From: Blastocatellia bacterium
Lineage (GTDB): Bacteria > Acidobacteriota > Blastocatellia > UBA7656
Length of the DNA stretch: 64,000 bases
Assembly: GCA_963765495.1 (NCBI GenBank)
Contig: CAVXWP010000001.1
Location: 1,152,001-1,216,000, forward strand
Reading direction: 5' to 3'
The notes beneath the pieces are model-generated. The model was given only the letters and a program-made list of their open reading frames with translations, searched no databases and was not told where the DNA came from. Below are positions 1-9,933 of this stretch, piece after piece (position 1 is the stretch's first letter; each line of letters begins with the position of its first letter). The position numbers and the translations under genes are program-made.

Positions 1-2
1 AA

Positions 3-1061
3 TGGGCCCGCGTGCTTGGAGTAATAACACTCGTCTTGACTGCGGTGACGATAGTTTCTTATCAGTACCGGGCGGCGGCGGCGGTCATCAACCTGACTTT
101 GCCTGATCTTGATTTCAAAGCTGCGGTCATCATCGTTGCGATCTTCATCGTCATCTATACGGCGCTTGCAGGCATGTTTTCGGTGGCCTACACCGATCTC
201 GTGATGGGCGTAACGATGATGATAGGCATTCTCATCACACTGCCTTACCTGTATCTGAAAGCGGGCGGCTATTCAGGTATCGCAGCCGCACTGCCCGAAG
301 ATCATATGAAGGTCTTTGGGCCGATAAACTGGGTGCAGGCGATAGGACTGGTCCTACCGGGCGGGCTACTCATTCTCGGGGATGCGAATATGTATCAGCG
401 TTTCTTCTCCGCGAAATCCGAAGGCGCGGCGCGACGAGCGACTATCTGGCTGCTGATCGGTGTCACCTACATGGAACTGATGATCATATTGACCGCGTGG
501 GTCAGTTCGGCGCTCGAGTGGCAGGGCGGAAAACTGGAGGTGCCCGGGCGCGTGATCGCTTATGTAGCCCGCGATCAATTGCCCGTCTGGCTTGGCGCTC
601 TGGTGTTGACCACGATAATGGCTATCGTAGTGTCAACGGCGATCTCGTACCTGCTCGTTCCGGCGACCGCGCTCGTGCGCGATGTCTATCAACGCTTCAT
701 TAATCCCAATGCCAGCGAGCGCAGCCTTGTCTGGTTGCTGCGGAGCATCGTTGTGGGGCTTGGGCTGGTGGCCTATGTGATCTCTACTTATTCAGAGAAG
801 TTTCTCGAAGTGGCATTGCGCGCTTATACGATTTACGGGACAGGAATAACGCCCTCGCTGGTGGCGGCGCTTGTATGGAAGCGGGCGACATCGGCAGGAG
901 CCGTGTGTTCGATATTCACAGGCGTTGCGACAACGCTCATCTGGGAGTTTGGCGGACTGGGCGCGAGCACAGGAATCGATCCCGTGATTCCGGCCATTAC
1001 CCTGTCAGTCTTGATGCTGATAGCGGTTTCGCTGCTTACCTCACCAAATCCTGAACCATGA
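3..1061 (+). CDS. Sodium:solute symporter family protein (5'-truncated by window)
   Basis: Many TM helices, motifs YTALAGMFSVAYTD and MYQRFFSAKS; frame is open back to the window start. Confidence 0.85.
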   Translation, partial: WARVLGVITLVLTAVTIVSYQYRAAAAVINLTLPDLDFKAAVIIVAIFIVIYTALAGMFSVAYTDLVMGVTMMIGILITLPYLYLKAGGYSGIAAALPEDHMKVFGPINWVQAIGLVLPGGLLILGDANMYQRFFSAKSEGAARRATIWLLIGVTYMELMIILTAWVSSALEWQGGKLEVPGRVIAYVARDQLPVWLGALVLTTIMAIVVSTAISYLLVPATALVRDVYQRFINPNASERSLVWLLRSIVVGLGLVAYVISTYSEKFLEVALRAYTIYGTGITPSLVAALVWKRATSAGAVCSIFTGVATTLIWEFGGLGASTGIDPVIPAITLSVLMLIAVSLLTSPNPEP

Positions 1062-1130
1062 CCAGGCAGACTCGAAATTAATCTCTCTCTCTTCCGGGCT
1101 TTCAAATCTCAAATCTCAAATGGTTTTTTC

Positions 1131-1178
1131 TTGACCGATCTACGACATTTGTAGTAGAATCAGCCTCGTTTGTAGTAG
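1131..1178 (+). promoter_or_regulatory. Sigma70-like promoter overlapped by a BlaI/MecI-type operator
   Basis: TTGACC (1131) and TAGAAT (1155); near-palindrome CTACGACATTTGTAGTAG at 1140-1157 and half-site TTTGTAGTAG at 1169-1178, directly upstream of a BlaI-family gene. Confidence 0.7.
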
Positions 1179-1198
1179 TAGCTTTTTGGGAGGGTTGA

Positions 1199-1600
1199 AT
1201 GGGGCGCAAAAAAGGCGTAAAGCTGACGAAGTTTGAGTTAGAGGTCATGGACGCGCTGTGGGAGATGGGAAGCGCATCTGTCAGGGAGATTCAGGAGCGG
1301 CTGCCGGAAAAGCGGCGGCCCGCCTACACTACGGTTCAGACGATAGTGCGAAGGCTTGAAGAGAAGCAAGCCGTTCGACAGGTAAAGAAAATAGGCAACG
1401 CGCACATATTCGAGCCGCTCATCACGCGCAAGGCGGCGCATCAAAGGTTGATAACCGAATTGCTTGAATTGTTTGGCGGTTCGGCCCGACCTCTGATGGC
1501 TCACCTGGCCGAATCGGGCAAGCTTACGCTTGAAGACGTGCGAGAAGTGGAAAATATTCTGAACGAACAAGAGAGCGCCGACCGAAGTGGAAAGGAGTAG
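1199..1600 (+). CDS. BlaI/MecI/CopY family transcriptional repressor
   Basis: LTKFELEVMDALW...AYTTVQTIVRRLEEK winged-helix pattern; precedes an M56 gene. Confidence 0.92.
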   Translation: MGRKKGVKLTKFELEVMDALWEMGSASVREIQERLPEKRRPAYTTVQTIVRRLEEKQAVRQVKKIGNAHIFEPLITRKAAHQRLITELLELFGGSARPLMAHLAESGKLTLEDVREVENILNEQESADRSGKE

Positions 1601-1606
1601 CAGGCT

Positions 1607-3610
1607 ATGGAGTTGCACGAATGGATGGCCGGCTGGTCAAGCCGGGCGTGGCCTTTGGTTGCCGATCACCTGTGGCAGGCCACTCTGTTTTCGGCTGTCG
1701 CATTTATTGCCGTGGCGCTGCTCAGGCAAGCGCCTGCGCGGGCGCGCTACTGGGTCTGGCTCGTAGCCTCGGCAAAGTTTCTGATCCCGTCAGGTCTGTT
1801 TGTCGTGGCAGCAGATCGGCTGGGGCTGGATATATCGGCGCTCATTTTTTCGAGCGAGCAGGGGGCCAGGGCCTTTCAGATCGTCGCGCCGGTCTACTAC
1901 TTTTCTGATCAACTCATCGTAAACGTCACGGCCGGGGCGGGGCATAATGAAATCTATTGCGCTCTCACAATCATCTGGATAGCCGGATGCGGTGCGCTTG
2001 CTAGTTTGTGGAGTAAGCGACGATGGCAGTTTCAACGGGCGCTCAGGGCGGGGAAGACTGTCACCAGTGGTCGGGAAGCAGAGGTCTTAAAGAGGGTCTA
2101 TTTGTGGCTTGGCGTCAGGCAGCAGGTAAGCCTCGTGGTCTCGCCCGATGTGGCGGAGCCGGGAGTCTGGCGAATCCTCAGGCCAATCATCGTGATGCCT
2201 GAAAGCGTGGCCGATCATCTGAGTGAGGCGGAGCTTGAGGCCGTAATCATGCACGAACTGGTTCACGTCGTCCGGCGTGATAATTTGTTCAGCGCGATTC
2301 AGATGATTCTTTGTTGCCTCTTCTGGTTTCATCCCCTGGTCTGGGTGATAGATCGTAAGGCGCTCGCCGAGCGCGAGCGGGCTTGCGATGATCGGGTGGT
2401 GGAGCTTGGCGGAGCTTCAAGAGTCTATGCCACCGGTCTGTTGAAAGTTCTGCGTTTCTGCGTAGGATCGCGAATAGCCGGGATCTCTTATGCTACGGGT
2501 TCAAATCTGCGAAGGAGGGTTGAACAAATCATGGCTAATGATACGAATCGACGGCTTTCAATATCGCATCGTCTGTTGATTATAGCGACTGCGGTGATAA
2601 TGACAGTTCTGTCGTTTGCGGCCGGGGCCTTAAACCGCGACAGCGTCCTGGCCTGGCAGAAGGTAAGTTCTGCGGGGCTAGGGAAGGCGGCAGGGGAAGG
2701 CACAAGCGCGGGTGTAGGGGGCGGCCTTGGTGTAGGGGGCGGCCTTGGTGTAGGGGGTGGCCTTGGTGTAGGTGGCGGCCTTGGTGTAGGGGGCGGTGTT
2801 TCAGACGGCGTATCGAGCGACTTGATTCAAGTTGACACTTCTCAGGGAACGCTGAGCGTATCGGTGAAAGAGAAATTGTTTAAGGAACTGGAACAGGCCC
2901 CCAGAGCCTCCATCAAATTCGATAACATGTACAAAGCGCCGGTTTCAATTTCCAGCGCTTATATTCAGACCGTCAGGACCACTTCTTTTGACGCATTCAA
3001 AATCTCCGTCTCGCTCGTCAGTAATTCGGATCGTCCCATCTCCGGTTATGTAATAGAGATAAAGAATAAGGCGACTGACCTGACGCTGGAAATGTTTGGT
3101 AAGGCGCCCATCGAGCCCTATGCGTTTCAGGAAGGACTGTCGCTGACGGGGATGACAAGCGGGCTGGGCGATTCAGACGATTTAACGGCGAGGATTGCTG
3201 GCGTTTTATTCAAAAACGGTGAGACCTGGGGCGATGTGCCGCCGCCGCCGCCGCCCCCATCTTCTCTTTCTGCGCCGAGCGCACCGGCTGCGCCGCCCCC
3301 GCCGCCGCCGGCCCCGGACGCGCCCAGGGTCATTCGGAAATCAGGTGGCGGGCTTGCCAACAGTGTCGTTACGCGCGTAGACCCTGTCTATCCCGCTCTG
3401 GCCAAAGCCGCGAATGTTTCGGGCGTGGTCGTCGTCGAGATTACGATTGATGAAGCCGGTAATGTCATAAACGCGCGAGCCGTAAGTGGACATCCTCTTT
3501 TGAGAGACGCTGCATTAGATGCTGCGCGCCAGTGGACATTCGTTCCGACTCAGTTATCTGGAGAGCCGGTCAAAGTCATCGGCGCTGTGACATTCAACTT
3601 TACGCTTTAG
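1607..3610 (+). CDS. M56 family metallopeptidase (BlaR1-like) fused to Gly/Pro-rich linker and TonB C-terminal domain
   Basis: HELVH zinc motif, WFHPLVW, ERERACDD; C-terminal PVYPALAKAANVSGVVVVEITIDEAG...AARQWTFVP. Confidence 0.9.
   Translation: MELHEWMAGWSSRAWPLVADHLWQATLFSAVAFIAVALLRQAPARARYWVWLVASAKFLIPSGLFVVAADRLGLDISALIFSSEQGARAFQIVAPVYYFSDQLIVNVTAGAGHNEIYCALTIIWIAGCGALASLWSKRRWQFQRALRAGKTVTSGREAEVLKRVYLWLGVRQQVSLVVSPDVAEPGVWRILRPIIVMPESVADHLSEAELEAVIMHELVHVVRRDNLFSAIQMILCCLFWFHPLVWVIDRKALAERERACDDRVVELGGASRVYATGLLKVLRFCVGSRIAGISYATGSNLRRRVEQIMANDTNRRLSISHRLLIIATAVIMTVLSFAAGALNRDSVLAWQKVSSAGLGKAAGEGTSAGVGGGLGVGGGLGVGGGLGVGGGLGVGGGVSDGVSSDLIQVDTSQGTLSVSVKEKLFKELEQAPRASIKFDNMYKAPVSISSAYIQTVRTTSFDAFKISVSLVSNSDRPISGYVIEIKNKATDLTLEMFGKAPIEPYAFQEGLSLTGMTSGLGDSDDLTARIAGVLFKNGETWGDVPPPPPPPSSLSAPSAPAAPPPPPPAPDAPRVIRKSGGGLANSVVTRVDPVYPALAKAANVSGVVVVEITIDEAGNVINARAVSGHPLLRDAALDAARQWTFVPTQLSGEPVKVIGAVTFNFTL
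2711..2797 (+). repeat. In-frame 18-bp tandem repeat (GVGGGL) x ~4.8
   Basis: GGTGTAGGGGGCGGCCTT units read directly. Confidence 0.9.
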
Positions 3611-3777
3611 CATCTGGACACTCGCGCGCGGGCACCCGGGATTTCAGGTTTCATATCTCCGTTCGGCAAGAGTGAAAGGTTTTGATTTCAGATGTAATGA
3701 ATTTGTCTGTTCGAGTTTGAGTTTGCTATCGTTTTGCCACGCGCTTGATCGAATGGCAACGATAGGAGATCAAACTG

Positions 3778-4248
3778 ATGGGATGGGAATACCAGCTTCG
3801 GATCATCGCCGAGGTGGGACTTGCGATGTTGCTTGGCGGTCTCATCGGCTTCGAGCGAGAGGTCGCGGATAAGGCCGCCGGGCTTCGCACTCACATGCTC
3901 GTAGGCGGCGCGGCCGCGTTGCTGGTCGGGTTGAGCGATGCGCTGCTGAACACCTACAGCGCAAATAACAATGTCGGTCTTATCAGGTCTGACCCGATTC
4001 GAATCATCGAGGCGATAATCACAGGGATCAGTTTTCTCGGAGCCGGAACGATCTTTCGCCGCGATAAAGGCGAGCAGGTTAAGGGGTTGACTACGGCGGC
4101 ATCGATTCTATTTACTGCCGCCGTAGGTATCTGCGTAGCTCTACGCCAGTTTGTGCTTGCCGTAGGCGTCACATTGCTTGCGCTTGTAATCCTGCGCCTT
4201 ATGGTCCTGGTCGAAAATCGCATATCCGGTCATCACGATAAACCTTAA
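3778..4248 (+). CDS. MgtC/SapB family protein
   Basis: LIGFERE..KAAGLRTHMLV, GISFLGAGTI, GLTTAA. Confidence 0.92.
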   Translation: MGWEYQLRIIAEVGLAMLLGGLIGFEREVADKAAGLRTHMLVGGAAALLVGLSDALLNTYSANNNVGLIRSDPIRIIEAIITGISFLGAGTIFRRDKGEQVKGLTTAASILFTAAVGICVALRQFVLAVGVTLLALVILRLMVLVENRISGHHDKP

Positions 4249-5342
4249 AGCAACACGCCGCGCGACGGTATCCACAAATTCATTCTGAGCGGCGAAAGGT
4301 TGATCCTCGGTAAGGGGAGGGCCATCGGGGCAATCGCGGGTATCTCGATGCGTGGCATCTCAATGACCATAGGGGCGATCGCGGGTATCTCGATATGAGG
4401 CGACTGAATCGCCATCGGACCAATCCCCGGTACCTTGATATGTGGCAACTCCAGGACCATCGGTTCGATTTCCGGTATCTCTATTGCGGGCATCGAGAAG
4501 CTGAAGTCGAAAGGCTCGATTATCATTTGATCCGAATCGTCATCAAGAAAGACCTCAGACGTATTCGCGCCTTTTTCAAGCTGAACACTAAAGCTCATCT
4601 CCTGCTTGTTGCGCAATACTTTGACCTCGACCGCGCCCTCTTGTTTCTGTCTGAGCGCGCGCATGACGCCCACGGGACCTTCGATCTTTTCGCCGCCAAT
4701 CGAGAGAATTACATCGCCCGCTTTGATACCTGCTCTGGCAGCCGGTGAATCTTCGCGAACGGATGTGACCAGCGCGCCCGTCCCTTCGGGCACGCCGAAG
4801 TATTCGCTCAACTGTGAAGTCATGCCTTGCAACTCGATCCCCATCCGACCGCGCTCGCGCACCCGGAAGTTTCTGCTAATAGTCCTGGCACCTGCGGGGG
4901 CGACCTGGACGCGAACACTCGAAGGCTCGGCAAGCTCCATATCAAGCTCTATCTCGGAGCCGTTTCGCACGACCCCAATTCGCACGGAACGCCCGGCGGG
5001 GGTCTCGCGCTTGAGCCGCTGCAATTCCATAGCGCTGTCCACCCGTTCGCCGTTCCACCGAATGATCACATCATCTTTTTGCAGACCGGCCTTTGCAGCA
5101 GGGCTATCGGGCAATACTTCTGTCAGCAGCGCGCCGCGCTCTTCCCGAAGATTCAAGCGCTTTACAGTCTCTCCGGTCACTTCTTCCAGCCGAACGCCCC
5201 TAAATCCGCCGCCCCGAAGCGACCAGACGCGGGGCTGTCTTTGATTGTCTCTCTGCGCATCTCGTCCGGCTTTGCCTTCGGCCAGGGCCACGGCGCTCGT
5301 CGTCAGAAGAATGGTCAAAAAGAACAGTGATATTCGTTTCAT
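4245..5342 (-). CDS. Exported protein with two PDZ domains and a C-terminal Pro/Ile-rich repeat tail
   Basis: Signal peptide; two V..DSPAA(K/R)AG(L/I)..(D/G)DVI PDZ motifs; no protease domain seen. Confidence 0.85.
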   Translation of the reverse strand: MKRISLFFLTILLTTSAVALAEGKAGRDAQRDNQRQPRVWSLRGGGFRGVRLEEVTGETVKRLNLREERGALLTEVLPDSPAAKAGLQKDDVIIRWNGERVDSAMELQRLKRETPAGRSVRIGVVRNGSEIELDMELAEPSSVRVQVAPAGARTISRNFRVRERGRMGIELQGMTSQLSEYFGVPEGTGALVTSVREDSPAARAGIKAGDVILSIGGEKIEGPVGVMRALRQKQEGAVEVKVLRNKQEMSFSVQLEKGANTSEVFLDDDSDQMIIEPFDFSFSMPAIEIPEIEPMVLELPHIKVPGIGPMAIQSPHIEIPAIAPMVIEMPRIEIPAIAPMALPLPRINLSPLRMNLWIPSRGVLL

Positions 5343-5430
5343 AACGCTTTTTCCTCCCTGATTGTGAAGTAGTCCTTAAACCATTACTCGCTCGTTACCC
5401 GCTTCTGGTTCCAAATATTTTGGCCTCCGG

Positions 5431-6204
5431 TCAGCGAATCGTGATCGTGCCGTTTATATTGCTCATCGTCAGCGGTATGCCGCCCCCGCCTATCTGCCCG
5501 CGAAAACTCGAACGGCTCACCTTCTGCAACGACACATTTGGCATTTCGGCGCGAACATTGCCGTTTATCTGCGTGACGTCGATGTCGGCATTCAGGCCGT
5601 CCAGAACATGTATGTCAATCGCCCCGTTGATGCTCGACATGCGAATGCCGCGCTCGCCGAGCCGGGCAATGGTCATCGTCACGCGCCCGTTGATCGAGGA
5701 TAGCTCAACATGATCGAGCGCCTGCCCCAGTTCGAGCCTGCCGTTGATGCTCTTCAAAACAACAGGGCCGTCAATCTCTCCGATATTGATCGTGCCGTTG
5801 ACGCTTTTAGCCGTCAATTCGACCTGACGCGGAATCTTGAGCGTTACGCGATGGCGCACCTGCACATCGCGGACATCGTCTCGCGCCCCCGACACAACAA
5901 GGCTCGACGGCGAATGCGAAATATTTATCTTGTGATACTGGAGGTCTTCGCGGGTTCGTGCCGAACGAATTATGTGAACTTCGGCGGTGTCGGTGTAAGA
6001 GGTTTCAATCACGACCGGCCCGTTTATGCTCGATACTTCGACGCTAGCGCCGGGCGACAGTTTGTAGGATTGATTTATCTCTTCGGTTTCCGGCAGGTCG
6101 TGGTCTTGCCGGTCGTTTGTGGATGGATAAAAGCTCAAAGCCTGCGGCGCAGCCACAAAGATCATCGCTACGCCAACGAGCAAGGCAGTCAACACTCTTC
6201 TCAT
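5431..6204 (-). CDS. Exported DUF4097 (toastrack) beta-strand repeat protein
   Basis: Signal peptide from ATG 6204 (RBS GAGG); repeated S(I/V)NG turns. Confidence 0.8.
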   Translation of the reverse strand: MRRVLTALLVGVAMIFVAAPQALSFYPSTNDRQDHDLPETEEINQSYKLSPGASVEVSSINGPVVIETSYTDTAEVHIIRSARTREDLQYHKINISHSPSSLVVSGARDDVRDVQVRHRVTLKIPRQVELTAKSVNGTINIGEIDGPVVLKSINGRLELGQALDHVELSSINGRVTMTIARLGERGIRMSSINGAIDIHVLDGLNADIDVTQINGNVRAEMPNVSLQKVSRSSFRGQIGGGGIPLTMSNINGTITIR

Positions 6205-6244
6205 AATTTTTTCACCTCTCGTAATTGTTTTGCCCAACGCCCGG

Positions 6245-6273
6245 TTAGTGACGCCTCCGGGCAAAAAGTTTCA
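6245..6273 (-). promoter_or_regulatory. Putative ECF promoter TGAAAC-N17-CACTAA
   Basis: Matches motifs at 13906-13934 and 14090-14118. Confidence 0.6.
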
Positions 6274-6343
6274 GGTATTCATCTGCGGGCAATAAACGTC
6301 AATTCTTTTCGCAGCGTAATTTGAACGAAAGGGTTGCGCTAAC

Positions 6344-6442
6344 AGGCCACGGATGAACGCGGATCAGACGGATTTACGCGGATTAATCCCAATAGGGGCT
6401 GATCCGCGTAAATCCGCTAAAATCCGCGTTCATCCGTGGCCT
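6344..6442. repeat. Palindromic element with ~10-nt CGGAT-periodic arms
   Basis: 21-bp perfect IR AGGCCACGGATGAACGCGGAT plus inner CGGATTTACGCGGAT IR. Confidence 0.85.
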
Positions 6443-6489
6443 ATTTCAACTTTCCTGATCTAGATTTTTGAAAACCGATCAGAATTATT

Positions 6490-7287
6490 CTATGTTTTCT
6501 GGCGACCCAGATGCAGGCTGCCGTTTATGTCATAAATCGAAATGGGCGCGCCGCCCGACCCGATGCGCGCTCGCATGTTCGACCTGTCTACTTTGCCCTC
6601 AACGATCATAGTGAGAGGCAGATCGCTGTATATGCCTCCGCTTACTTCTCTCACATCGAGATCGGCATTTAACTCATCGGCAAATTTGATCTCGACCCGC
6701 CCGTTTATGTCGCTCAACTCCAATCCCTCTTTGCCGAGACTGGCGACAGTTACGGTAACGCTGCCGTTTATATCGTTGATCTTTGAATGATCCGAGGCCC
6801 GCGCTACTTCCACTTTGCCGTTGATGTCGTTCAGATGAACCGGCCCTTCGATTTCGCCGCAGATGGCGTGGCCGTTTATATCGTTGAGATTTAGCTCGAC
6901 CTGGCGCGGAATCTTCAGTGTGACGCGCTGGTGCACTCTGACATTGTGGTGGTTGTGATCCTCTACGCCGTGGACGGCGAGACTCGAATCAGTCTGCTCC
7001 ACAATCACCTTTCGGTATTCGAGATCGGATTTGCTTTCAGCCGAGCGGACGATATAGACCTCGGCTGTGGCAACGTTTGCGGTTTCGATCTCAACCGCGC
7101 CGTTTATGTTATAGACTTCGACGCGAGCGCCGGGCGAAAGCTGAAAAGTCTGTCGCATCTCGTCGCGCTCACGCAGGTCGTGGTCGTCATCATCATATCC
7201 TTGCGCGAAAGTGCTTGAAACCTGTGGCGCGGCTGCGAAGACCAGCGCCGCAAGCATGCTGATAACAGTCAGTCTGTATCTCATCAT
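6490..7287 (-). CDS. Exported DUF4097 beta-strand repeat protein
   Basis: Signal peptide, repeated DING turns, clear paralog of 5431 and 10238 genes. Confidence 0.8.
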   Translation of the reverse strand: MMRYRLTVISMLAALVFAAAPQVSSTFAQGYDDDDHDLRERDEMRQTFQLSPGARVEVYNINGAVEIETANVATAEVYIVRSAESKSDLEYRKVIVEQTDSSLAVHGVEDHNHHNVRVHQRVTLKIPRQVELNLNDINGHAICGEIEGPVHLNDINGKVEVARASDHSKINDINGSVTVTVASLGKEGLELSDINGRVEIKFADELNADLDVREVSGGIYSDLPLTMIVEGKVDRSNMRARIGSGGAPISIYDINGSLHLGRQKT

Positions 7288-7348
7288 TTTGCCTCCTCAC
7301 TCAGTTGACAATTGGTACACTGCGAAAGCGCCGCGTCTGTGCCTGTGC

Positions 7349-9817
7349 TCAGATGCCGCGCCTGAACAGATAAGACATCTTTATAAAAAACGTTCGGCCA
7401 TTTCTTTGAAATCCAGGTTCTCTGCGTGATGTGAACGGGCTGAACCCGTTGTAATTCAAATCATCGTTATAACCCGCGTAAAAAGAGGTGCCCGGATTTG
7501 GAGTCCACCCAAGCAGGTATTGCCCGCGTACGCTCGAAGCCAGCGTATCGTAATCGACCCGCGCTCTCGCGAATATGAAGCGCGTAAATTGATATGTGGC
7601 GCGCAGGGCAAATATGTTGTCGTCAAAAGCCAGTAACCCTGTGTCGTTGCGCCGCAGCCTGTCTTTCGTAAAGCTGAAGTCGGTGCGCAGCGCGTCCGTA
7701 GGCTGATAGACAAACTGGGATTCAAGATAAAATTCCTTGCCCGGACCCGGATCGAGCGGAGCATCGGGGTCGGCGAGCGCCGCCGGGCTTATGCGAGGGA
7801 AGCGAGACCCGCCGCCAAAGTCGAAGTCAAACGAATTCAGGATGTATGAGCCGAAGATGAATATAGAATATTTCTTACTCGGAGTCGTTCCGCCGTAAGC
7901 ATAAACATTCGTGTTGTTTGTGGATCGCTCCGAATCATTGCCAAAGAAAGCACCCGCGCGCGTCAGTGTGCGCGCCGGGCCGAACTCCTCTTCAAACAGC
8001 CGTTCGTATCCCTTTTGAAAGCCTCCGGCCAGAAACGATTGCTTGGGAAGATTGACGCGGAACTGAGATTCATTGACCCACGATTGTATGCGCCCGTCCC
8101 AGTCGAAATTGGTCGCGATGACGCTGAATGCGCGCCACTGTATGATCTTGCCTTTTGGATTCGGTTCGGATGCGTAGTAAGCGAAAAAACCTTCGCGGTT
8201 TGTGTTTGTGCGGCGCGTAAAGCCTACGTCTGCGCGGTAATCGCGTGAGCGCCCTTCGCCGTCGAAGTTATAACCGAAATGCCTTCCATCCTTTTCATAT
8301 CTGATGGAGTAGGCGAAACCGTTTCCCGTGCGATAACGGTTATCATCCAGTTGAGGGTCGTAAAAGTCGCGGCGCGATGTCGTGCCGAGCGCCTGAAAAC
8401 TAAAAGTGGTCTGCTTATCCAGCTTGAAACGTCCGTCGAAACCGGCAAGCTGGTTGTGTCTCTCAATAAAATTGTAGCTCGTAGCGATCAGGCCGAGACT
8501 GTTCTCTTTGCCGATGTCGCGCTTTAGTCTGAGCACGCCGATATAAGCGTTTTTATCCAGAAATCGCTCGATATCCGGGAGCAGATCGGGGTCGGTTCTT
8601 TCCTCGTCGCTGAAGTTTCCGGGCGCGTTGTCGGAAGCCATCATCAGTCCAAATGTAGTGCGGCCCTGTTTGCCCGTTAGCTTCACAGCCAGATCGGGGT
8701 CAACGATTGTGCGCGTGTGGACGGCCTGGAGGCTTGTTTGAAAAATATCTATGCCTTCGAGGAAGAACGGGCGCTTTTCAGCAAAGAAGATGGGGAAACG
8801 CTGATTGGTTGTGATGACGGTCTGGTCTGCTTCCACCTGAGCGAAATCCGGGTTGGCGGCAAAATCGAGAGTGACGGTAGGCGTGATGCCGAACTTAACC
8901 GTCAGCCCGGGATCGAATTCCGGCGGACGGTTGAGGAAACGACCGGGATCGTTGAGAGCAGGGTTATTATCCAGGATTGCCGCCCCAATCGTGCGGATGC
9001 GCTTGCCGGATTCTGAAATCGTCAGCGAAGGTATGATTTCAAGCGTGCGCTCTGTCGAGATGCCTATGAGTCCGCCGAGATGACCTGTTTGATTTAGGGT
9101 GCCTGATATATCACGCGACATCGGCATCCAGGAATCGAGTTCGTTATTGAACCGCTTGATTCTGCGAAAGAAGTGCGCGCCCCATACCTTGTCTTTTCCT
9201 GCCTCGTACCGCAGCGACTTGAAGGGGATGGCTATCTCTACCGTATAGCCGTCTTCATCGACCGTGCCCTTGGAATCCATCACGATGTCGAGGCTGTAAT
9301 CTTCGCCCTGGCCTTCGGTCATAGTACCATCCGCCTGTATGCCGAGCGGGCTAAAGAACAGGGCATAGGCTTTTCGTTTGTCGTTAAAGGTGTCGAGGAA
9401 CATCCCCACGTAATCGTCCGAAAAAATATTATCGCGTTTTGGAACGGTTGCGCGCACCTTGCCCGATTCGTCGTGCGCGCGAAAAGCTATGTAAAGAATC
9501 TTGGAATCGTACCCGATCAGGACTTCGGTCTGTTTGGAAGGTTCTATATTGTCGCCGGGGTTCACCTGAAAAAAATCTTTCAATACGGTAGCCGATTTCC
9601 ATGCCTCGTCATCGAGACGGCCATCAATGACGGGGGATTTTTCGAAACGGGCTATACTGACAGGCACAGCCTTCTCAGGCGGAATGGAAAAGGATTTAGC
9701 GACAGGTTTTACTGTCTTTGTCTCTGCGGCATTCGTCGCGGTGAGGGGCTGTGGTGTTTGGGCATAGATAGACGCCGGAGTCAGACACAAAATTAGTATC
9801 ACAAAAAAGGATTTCAT
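7349..9817 (-). CDS. CBM9-like / DUF5916 outer-membrane protein
   Basis: Signal peptide, PVIDGRLDDEAW, EIAIPFKSLRY, NPDFAQVEAD, EKRPFFLEG, C-terminal FFIKMSYLFR beta-barrel end. Confidence 0.8.
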   Translation of the reverse strand: MKSFFVILILCLTPASIYAQTPQPLTATNAAETKTVKPVAKSFSIPPEKAVPVSIARFEKSPVIDGRLDDEAWKSATVLKDFFQVNPGDNIEPSKQTEVLIGYDSKILYIAFRAHDESGKVRATVPKRDNIFSDDYVGMFLDTFNDKRKAYALFFSPLGIQADGTMTEGQGEDYSLDIVMDSKGTVDEDGYTVEIAIPFKSLRYEAGKDKVWGAHFFRRIKRFNNELDSWMPMSRDISGTLNQTGHLGGLIGISTERTLEIIPSLTISESGKRIRTIGAAILDNNPALNDPGRFLNRPPEFDPGLTVKFGITPTVTLDFAANPDFAQVEADQTVITTNQRFPIFFAEKRPFFLEGIDIFQTSLQAVHTRTIVDPDLAVKLTGKQGRTTFGLMMASDNAPGNFSDEERTDPDLLPDIERFLDKNAYIGVLRLKRDIGKENSLGLIATSYNFIERHNQLAGFDGRFKLDKQTTFSFQALGTTSRRDFYDPQLDDNRYRTGNGFAYSIRYEKDGRHFGYNFDGEGRSRDYRADVGFTRRTNTNREGFFAYYASEPNPKGKIIQWRAFSVIATNFDWDGRIQSWVNESQFRVNLPKQSFLAGGFQKGYERLFEEEFGPARTLTRAGAFFGNDSERSTNNTNVYAYGGTTPSKKYSIFIFGSYILNSFDFDFGGGSRFPRISPAALADPDAPLDPGPGKEFYLESQFVYQPTDALRTDFSFTKDRLRRNDTGLLAFDDNIFALRATYQFTRFIFARARVDYDTLASSVRGQYLLGWTPNPGTSFYAGYNDDLNYNGFSPFTSRREPGFQRNGRTFFIKMSYLFRRGI

Positions 9818-9904
9818 TTACTCAATCTCCCTGGATCGACCATATCAATTTTTGGGGCTGTGTTTTAACCCTCGAATTGCGCGAGCCTGATTTGACTCTT
9901 TCCT

Positions 9905-9933
9905 TAGACGAACCGCGCCGCTAATTTGTTCCA
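9905..9933 (-). promoter_or_regulatory. Putative ECF promoter TGGAAC-N17-CGTCTA
   Basis: Canonical ECF -35/-10 spacing about 90 bp upstream of the start at 9817. Confidence 0.55.

Noticed and set aside
3238-3312. GCC runs as contingency repeats
   Set aside because: They encode the ordinary poly-Pro TonB linker in frame
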